Shown piece after piece: positions 55,606 through 64,000 of a stretch of 64,000 nt of DNA. Where the stretch lies: positions 23,560,001 through 23,624,000 of the forward strand of contig OZ024749.1 in NCBI GenBank assembly GCA_964016885.1, given 5' to 3'. The notes beneath the pieces are model-generated. The model saw nothing but the letters and a program-made list of their open reading frames with translations. It had not been told where the DNA came from and searched no databases. This stretch comes from Eledone cirrhosa (taxonomy: Eukaryota). Within the stretch, counting starts at the first letter, position 1; each line of letters opens with the position of its first letter. Both the position numbers and the translations under genes were made by a program.

Positions 55606-57766
55606 AAGATATAACGTAGATTAATCGAACATGGGTCGTTATAACTGTGAATCTAACTTACTAACGATTTGCCCAGACCTACGTACAGGCCATCCAATCA
55701 TAGACAAATAATTACGTAATTCGAGATAAAGCCTCCAGAAGCTACGATTTCTCTGAATTTCATTTTATATAGTGTTTAGTTTCGATATATATTCTGAGAA
55801 GAAATCCTACTAATTAGCTAAAATCCCGTAAGAAACATTTCTATTTCCAGTTTACAACCCGCAAGCCAACAATTTAAATAGATAATTAATTTATAACTAA
55901 GAGACATAGATTGAAATTACATTTGTTTGTATTAAAGTTTGAACAAAGGAGAAGAATAGAGATAATACGAGGAGAAAGAAAATGGCGATAACTGAAGGGA
56001 AGGAAACGAGTTGTGTCGATAGACGTTTAATTCCCAGAAGTGTTTGTATTGTAAGTAAACTGAAACGGCTTCATATCGCCTTTCCAAAGTTTATCTCATA
56101 CAACGCATTATATTAGACAATAAAAAAATATATATATAAAAGATCATCATTATCTATACCTCTATATGATCCGATAATTTGATTTAATGATGTTTGTACG
56201 CATGAAACTGTAAATCCAGTTTGAGTCGTTAGAGAGCCGTAGCGGACAACGACGTTTTCTGATTACTTAAAACATGGCTGATTTCATCTCTCAAGGTCTT
56301 GATACAGAAATTTCTTCCACAGGAAGAGAAAGAGTAATAGAAAGAATAATTGAGAATGAATATAGTGGAAGGATTGCTCTCAGTACTTGATTGACACTTC
56401 TTTATCAACCTCAAAATTATGTAAGATAAAGTTTAATTTCATGTCTGGAAGAATAGTGCAGTGTATTCTATTTACAGTTCTAATGGCTCTGCTAATTCGC
56501 TATCACATAATAAAGCTATTTTACGATATTAGATCAAATTTATCTGTGGTCACAATGGCATTTCAGCATTCCCCGGACGGTAAAATAAATTAATTGTCCA
56601 GCAATGGCGATGGGACTAGAGAGGCTCCGCCCCATCAAATATCGTTGGATTTTTGCCTGAATTAGAAACCTTTGTTATGCGGGTAGTAGATAGGAAGAAC
56701 ATTTATAGAATCGGACTATACACATTGAGACATCTGAGGTCCCATATTCCCGTAGTAAAGTTAGACTTCCACCTTACCCCTTTTTTTATAAAATAAGGTA
56801 GCAGTAATGTATTTCTATACCCTCACTTTTTAACCCTCATGGAAGAAATCTTCTGTATTCAGACATGGAGAAGAAACAGGGTCCACCAGGTTTTGAAAAT
56901 GCCCTAGATACACTGCTCCTTTCAATTCGAGATTCAATCAAGGCTACGGAAATTTAAATAATTTCCATCTCTCCGATTTCATCTCTACGACTCCCCGAGG
57001 AGTTACAAATCAATAATATGATGTATTGAGACCGATGAAATCGAATCTTCCTCCTCCCTCCAATTGCTGTCCTAGCGCCTGGATTAGGAACCGATAGTAT
57101 TATCATTTATTTATTTATTTATTTATCGATGCACTAGAGCGGATAAGTAGAGTCTATTAGTTGACATGACATCAGTGATCAAAGCTATCAATCAACGCGT
57201 GATCAACACTATTGATTTTGTGAAAGGAGGAAATTGTCGATTAAATCAGCACACGTGTGTGATTGGTACATTATTTCATCGATCTCAGAAAGATCGTGAT
57301 CAAAGGCAACCTCGGCCTTCGCTTTTGAAGTGAAAAACGTAAAAAAAGTTTTCTTTATTTAAATATTGCCAGTCATTTCCTCTGGCACTCCTAAGATTCT
57401 GGTAATCCATCAGTTTTAACTATGAGTTTCCCAGTTGTTTCATCAACGAAACATACTGTATGGAGAATTACTGTGCAAGTGACCGAGCATTCTACAAACA
57501 CATATATCTATACCCGTTATGTAGTTCTCAGAGAGACTTTCGTGACAATGTGTTTAAAAGGCTGGCACATTTGAATTTCAGATTCTCTGTATCCGGCGAG
57601 CTTCTGAACATTTTCAGTCAACCAAATTCCACTCACAACTCATGGGTCGTCTCACGTCTATGTTAAAATGACACATGCCCATGATCAAAATTGCGGGGGA
57701 TTGAACGCGGATCTTAATAATCCCGAAGCGAAACTCTCGAAAATTTGTCCATGACGCCTGATATAA

Positions 57767-57827
<61 letters not shown>

Positions 57828-57941
57828 AAAATAACAGATTAAAGTTTAAGCAAAGAATCGCTGCTACGGTTCTTATATATTTGATATATAGTTATCCTTA
57901 TCGAGCCCTCTTTGGATTTTAGTCTTCGAATTTATTATTAT

Positions 57942-58024
<83 letters not shown>

Positions 58025-58405
58025 AATGTTATATTTAATTTGTTGGAATTCAACAAAGTTTCATAACTGATATATATATATACATATAAAAATGTATAGT
58101 TGAACGAACAATACAGAAATAGGCTTGCAATAAAACAAAGACATATATATATATGTGGATGAAAATTTTGTATTTTGTCTGTGTGTTCCTTCCTCCTGTC
58201 AACAGTTTCTTCTTGTCATGATACATGCGTTTGTTAGCAGAAGCGTGCTGTGTCTCACCGTTTGTTTTGCTAACATAGTTGCCTGTTATTGTTTTTGTTT
58301 TGCTTAATATATGCAGTATTCATTATAAATAGTTACACTACATGAAATATATATATGATTATATGTATGTGTATGTTTGTATTTATGTATATATATATAT
58401 ATGTT

Positions 58406-58533
<128 letters not shown>

Positions 58534-59011
58534 CTTACATACGTACATACAACCATACATGCTTTAGTGAACGTTATGACGTTTAGGAATTTCAATGTTA
58601 AAGACATATGTTGGATGGGAGGAGGTCTCGCCTAATTATATAACATTCTAGAACAGATCTGTTGGGGCTTACAATAACTCCACCCACGCTCGTATGCTGA
58701 GTGCAGCCCTTAAAATAATTGTTCAGTCACCACGGCAACATATAAATTATGATAATGAGTTATTTATTAACCACGCAAGGCGTATATCTAATGAGCATAA
58801 AGACATCACACGACGCCTTAAGGTGGGTCTGTAGGGTCCTGCGTGGCACATTGCTCTACATGGTACCCGAAGGTTGCACTGCATGGTGTGTGGTGGCACA
58901 TGGCCTTGCGTATTGGCCCATAGTCAAATAAGGCTGCAGAGGGTGACACAAGGAAGTATATCGACGCTTAGGTTGGCACGGTGCCGTACATGGCTGCATA
59001 GGGCAGGTCAC

Positions 59012-59050
59012 CTACTACTATTACTTTTACTAATACTACTGTTGCTGCTG

Positions 59051-59113
<63 letters not shown>

Positions 59114-59170
59114 TTACTGCTACTACTACTAGTACTACTACAACTACTACAACTATTACTACAACTGCTG

Positions 59171-59246
<76 letters not shown>
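59012..59246. repeat. (CTA)n microsatellite
   Basis: Direct reading. Confidence 0.95.
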
Positions 59247-59556
59247 CATCATCACCAGTGTTCGACCAAATAAAAGATCCACACAATTACAGGATACCAT
59301 GAAACTCTAAGAGTTAGCTACAGCAGAGAAATGGAGGGAACGATATATAAACCGTTCATGTCAGTATAACATTTTCTATCATTGATGTCGCCAATATTGT
59401 TGACATGAGACAATAAAAGTCAGACAAGAGGAAACTGCACCCGCTGCTTACTGAGAAAGGACAAGAGAGGTTTGATTGTTAAGGAATATACTGTGGAAGA
59501 CATAGCAATAAATACACTGTCTCCTCCTCATATACACTCATATACACACTAATGCA

Positions 59557-59604
<48 letters not shown>

Positions 59605-59625
59605 ATGTGCGTGTGTATGTATGTG

Positions 59626-59754
<129 letters not shown>

Positions 59755-59982
59755 ATAATAATAAAATTGACGACTAAAATCCAAAGAGGGTTCGATAAGG
59801 AAAATATATATCAAATATTGCGCGTAATTGTTTTTCACCGCTCCTATTAATGACGTATTATTCGTTTGTTCCCGTTCTTTGCCAGCGAACGTTACCACGA
59901 ACCAAAGTATCGTCTTCCTGTCTTCCTCCGGTTGCAACGTTTTTCGAAATATCCAGTTCTGCGTTTACAGATTGACTTTGTT

Positions 59983-60033
59983 AGTTTCAGAAGATCCCTT
60001 TAAGGGTGAAAGCAGCGATTCTTTGCTTAAACT
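59983..60033 (+). ncRNA. Hammerhead-like motif with U4A core change
   Basis: AGTTT-CAGAAGA-T.CCCT..AGGG.T-GAAA-GCA(9 nt)TGC-TT-AAACT, inside element 59751-60050; an internally deleted inverted copy lies at 57826-57945. Confidence 0.55.
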
Positions 60034-60049
60034 TTAATCTGTTATTTTA

Positions 60050-60107
<58 letters not shown>

Positions 60108-60182
60108 TTAAATATTTATATTTATATTTATATATATATATTCATATATATATATATATATATGTATATTTATATACAAATA

Positions 60183-60257
<75 letters not shown>

Positions 60258-60299
60258 GATATTAAATAAATGGAAACTATATTTATAAAACCATATTTA

Positions 60300-60361
60300 T
60301 TTCATCATATATATTTCAGGGATATCATATTAACAATATGTTATGCCTTCTTCAGACAAAA
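60300..60361 (-). ncRNA. Degenerate hammerhead motif (AUG triplet, probably inactive)
   Basis: TTTTGT-CTGAAGA-AGG..CCT-GAAA-TATATA-TG-ATGAAA; related to 46810. Confidence 0.55.
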
Positions 60362-60609
60362 TACAATATAGACAGTTTTATAGATAAATAGATTTGACAT
60401 ACCGTTATATCAGTTATAAATATTTACTAGTTGTAACCCAACAATTTAAATATAACTTTCCATAAATATATATATATATATTTATATATTATATATATAT
60501 ATTTTTTTTTTTTTTTTGGGGGGGGGGTTTCATATATATATATGTTTATTTGTATACATATATTCATATAGAATTCACAAGAATTAAAGCTATGATCAGA
60601 GCAATTATT

Positions 60610-60656
60610 CACTTACAATTGTTTCATCCAAACCTAGGTTTGGAGTCTTCGGAGCA
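60610..60656 (-). ncRNA. Hammerhead motif (U4C), relative of 5214-5260
   Basis: TGCT-CCGAAGA-C.TCCAAA(CCTAGG)TTTGGA.T-GAAA-CAATTG-TA-AGTG. Confidence 0.7.
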
Positions 60657-61423
60657 TTTTTCAATGGTTGTACATATAATTGACCTCCTATCCAAAGTAA
60701 GAGACATACAGACACATATATATATATTGATGTACAGTGGAGTGACATATATTATACTATACTATATTTGTACAGTAATTCAAATTTAAAATCAAAATTA
60801 AAATACATGCGGCAGATAGCTCAGATAATGCAAGAGGATAGTTCGATAATCAGATCTAGTAGATAGTGTATGCGTTAGTCATACATGGAGCATGCAAGTG
60901 TGTCTCATTTATATACGAGTATTGTGTGGCAAGGTGTTACATATAATGCAAGCATTTTAAGCGGGTAAGCAAGAGTATTATGGTGGTTGTAGTGGGAGGG
61001 TATTTTTTGTATAGATAAAAAAAGTATGTGTGCAGACAAAGAAAAAAGAAGAAAAAAAGAATGTTATAGTTTTTGCATCCACCACCATTTTCACATTCAG
61101 AAAAAGGGAAGTTATAGTTTTCACATCCATCACATATGTTACGATAAATTCGTATTGAATGTTTGATGTAGTAAATGATTGTAACGTATTGAGGCTCAGT
61201 GTTATTTAATCCATATTTATAGAATATGATCTTTCTGCTGCGAGAATTTACTGTGGTTTATTATCCGGAAGTAGCTGTGTAATTAAGGGGAGTTAATGCG
61301 TAAGGGGAAGTAACTAGCTGATTCTCATAACTAAATTCATTGTTCTAACATACATTATATGGTGCCTCAATTGAGTCCCTTATATTTCATTTCATTTCAT
61401 TTCATTTGAGTTTGAGTCCATGC

Positions 61424-63345
61424 TCAGGCCAAGTCGAGGGTTTTCATTGTTGAGGTATCTCTTGATTTGAAGGTGCGCAAGATCCACCCGCTGTACTTTC
61501 TTGCAGTAAGACAGACCGAGTCAAGGTGTTCTCTGAATTTTAGGCTGGTTCCCATGTGGATGCTTTGATCTTTCACACACTGTTTTTCCATTATTTGTTG
61601 TCCTGATGGGTTTCTGTAGTTTGTTGTATTTTTCAGATATTGATCTGTTCCGTAGCGAATTAGTTCAAACTTCTTATCATTGAACAACATCTTGTTTGTT
61701 TCCTGCCATTTGTATATGGTGCTTAGGTCCTTTTGTAAGGCCTCTGTATCCACCTCGTCTTTGATTTGTCTCATGACCCTGGTGTCATCAGCAAAGGATG
61801 AGACGTTGCTGGTTGTATCTTCATCTATGTCAGAGATGAGGATGAGAAACAGGATTGGGCCGAGTACTGTACCTTGAGGAACACTGCTGGTCACAGGTGA
61901 TGGTGTTGAATGGGTTCCATTCACAGTGACTGTTTGAGTTCTATTTGTAAGGAACACATGTATCCATGTACCAACGTTTCCTCCTACTCCTAGCTTTCGA
62001 AGTTTGTGTCCCAGGATGCCATGATCTACCTTGTCAAATGCCTTGGCAAAGTCGAGGTAAATAACATCTGTGTTGTATCCATTCTCTAGATTTTCTAGGA
62101 TTTGGTCATGGTGTGCCAGTAGTTGGGAAAGACATGATCTACCTAACCTGAATCCATGCTGATTGCAATTCATCAGATTGTTGGATTCCAGGAACTCAAC
62201 CAGTTTTTCACGAACTATTCTTTCGAAGACCTTGATAATATGTGATGTCAGTGAGATTGGTCGGTAGTTCTTTGGTTTTGATTTGCTGTCCCCTTTATGT
62301 ATTGGAGTTATGTGTGCTTCTTTATATGTATTTGGTATTTTGCCATTCTCCATAGATTCCTTCCATATCATGCAAAGGGGTTTCAACAATTGTACCTTGC
62401 AGTTTTTAAGTATCATGGCATTGAAACCATCAGGCCCCGCAGCCGAGTGCATGGAGAGCTTGTCTATGGCTCTTTCTATGTCTTCTGGGTTGAAATCAAT
62501 GTAGGATAGGGTAGGTTTAGTATGGTCGATATCCTTGAAGAATTCTCCTGGGTCATGGAACTTCATGGTTTTAGATGGCTCACTGAAGACACTTTCATAC
62601 TGTTGACCCAACATTTCTGCCATTTCAATAGTGTTATTCACTACATCCCCATTTTGTCTCTGGAGAAGTCCTATTGTTGACTTGGTATTCGAGTATTTCT
62701 TTGCAAAACTGTAGAAACATTTTGGATTTTTATTGATGTTTTCTATGGCTCTCTTTTCTGCATTGTTACGTTCTTCATCATAGTGTTGTTTTAGATTGTC
62801 TTCTAATCTGTATATTTGGTCAAGGACTTTCTGTAGTTCATGTTTTGATGTCAGCTTAGATGTTTTGTTTCTTAGTCTTGACCTTTTGCGCATCAGGATC
62901 TTTCGCTCCCGTGCTACTGTTTTTTGTGGATTTGGTTTTCTTAAGAGGAATATTTTTTGCACATATTTCTTCGATCTTGTTTAAGAATTTCTTGTGTTTA
63001 TCTGGCCCAGTAAGGTAGAGATCCCAGTCAATGATTTGTAACTGGTTGTTAATAGTTTCCCAATTTGCCTGGTGATAATCATACCTGCATAGCTTTGGCA
63101 TGTCCTTTTGTTTAAGAGTTGTGGCATTGGGCTCATTACCAAAGTGTAAATGCATTTCAATAATATTGTGGTCTGAAAGGATTGTTGGGGTTGAGTGAAG
63201 GTCAAATAGCGTGTCCTCGTTGTTGGTGAAAACCAAGTCGATCGCATTGTTATTTCTAGTTGCTTCTGTCATCATTTGTTTGAGGTATAATTTCTCTGTG
63301 ACTTCCAACAGTTTGGCTGCCTGTATTTGTTCAGCTTTTGTCCCC
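61424..63345 (-). pseudogene. CR1-like LINE ORF2 fragment (APE end + RT), frameshifted near 62960, truncated at both ends
   Basis: ATRNNNAIDLVFTN, LSDH (APE); SAAGPDG, NYRPISLTS, QHGFR, YLDFAKAFDKVDH, VPQGTVLGPILF, FADDT. Confidence 0.92.
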
Positions 63346-64000
63346 AGTTTTAGTATGTAAAAGGTTATATATTTATATTTAATTTTAATTACAGTCTACT
63401 CTATCATAATGTATTAAAGGTACCTAAAGGAAGTTGATTACTCCTTATTATATATCGCTATAATTGAATTTCCCACACAAAGTGCTATATCATTGTAAAT
63501 ACAGTCCACTCTCAAAACATATCAAAGGACCAATTAGAATTTTGTCTACATAACTCCTGGTAAGCTAAGGAGCAGCGTACGGCTGTTTGCATGATAAAAT
63601 CAAATACATCTCTTGGGTAAACAAATACATCCCTCATTTACAATGTCATTAATCTATCCTCAAGTTATACATGCATATATAAATTCATATATAATTTATT
63701 GCACCACCCTACATACAAGTTAGACAGATCCCTAATGTTAATAAATTAATCCTATATATATCTGATGTTATTACTCTATACATTTAATTACACATGCATA
63801 TATAATTCACTGTCGTATCTAGTATTTAAAGTTTATATAAACTGTATTATATTTCAATCCCTATATAATTATAAGTAATTAAAAGTAATTATATTAAAAG
63901 TTGGTGTTTATGGGGATATTTCTAGGGTATAAAGTTATAGATAGATAGAATGATTTGTGTCGAGGAAAGGGTGGATCAGAGGGTGTAGTGTAGTGGTGGA

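Overview
Very AT-rich, microsatellite-saturated animal DNA. The SINE and repeat content suggests a cephalopod, probably Octopus (inference). No recognisable host protein-coding gene is present; the window is a nest of retroelements sitting in (TA)n and (TAA)n tracts. Main contents: (1) three head-to-tail R4/Dong-clade RLE non-LTR retrotransposons in (TAA)n at 6.8-19.1 kb, one broken only by a single extra G and one with an in-frame RT deletion; (2) a decayed Naiad-like Penelope-like element (PLE) and YRDD-type PLE fragments; (3) CR1-like and Tx1/L1-like LINE fragments, tRNA-derived SINEs, a mariner MITE, a hAT MITE and a 3-kb 31-bp G/T minisatellite; (4) more than 20 hammerhead ribozyme (HHR) motifs read by eye, in about a dozen non-coding families forming 0.5-1.6 kb terminally redundant (retrozyme/pLTR-like) units and fold-backs. 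The most unusual signal is a motif in two diverged copies (2131-2232 and 20881-20982, minus strand). It has the full HHR core with correctly abutting, covarying helices, but the core strands run in the order NUH -> GAAA -> CUGAUGA, which no circular permutation (type I/II/III) of a hammerhead produces. All RNA structures are by-eye predictions and none has been tested.
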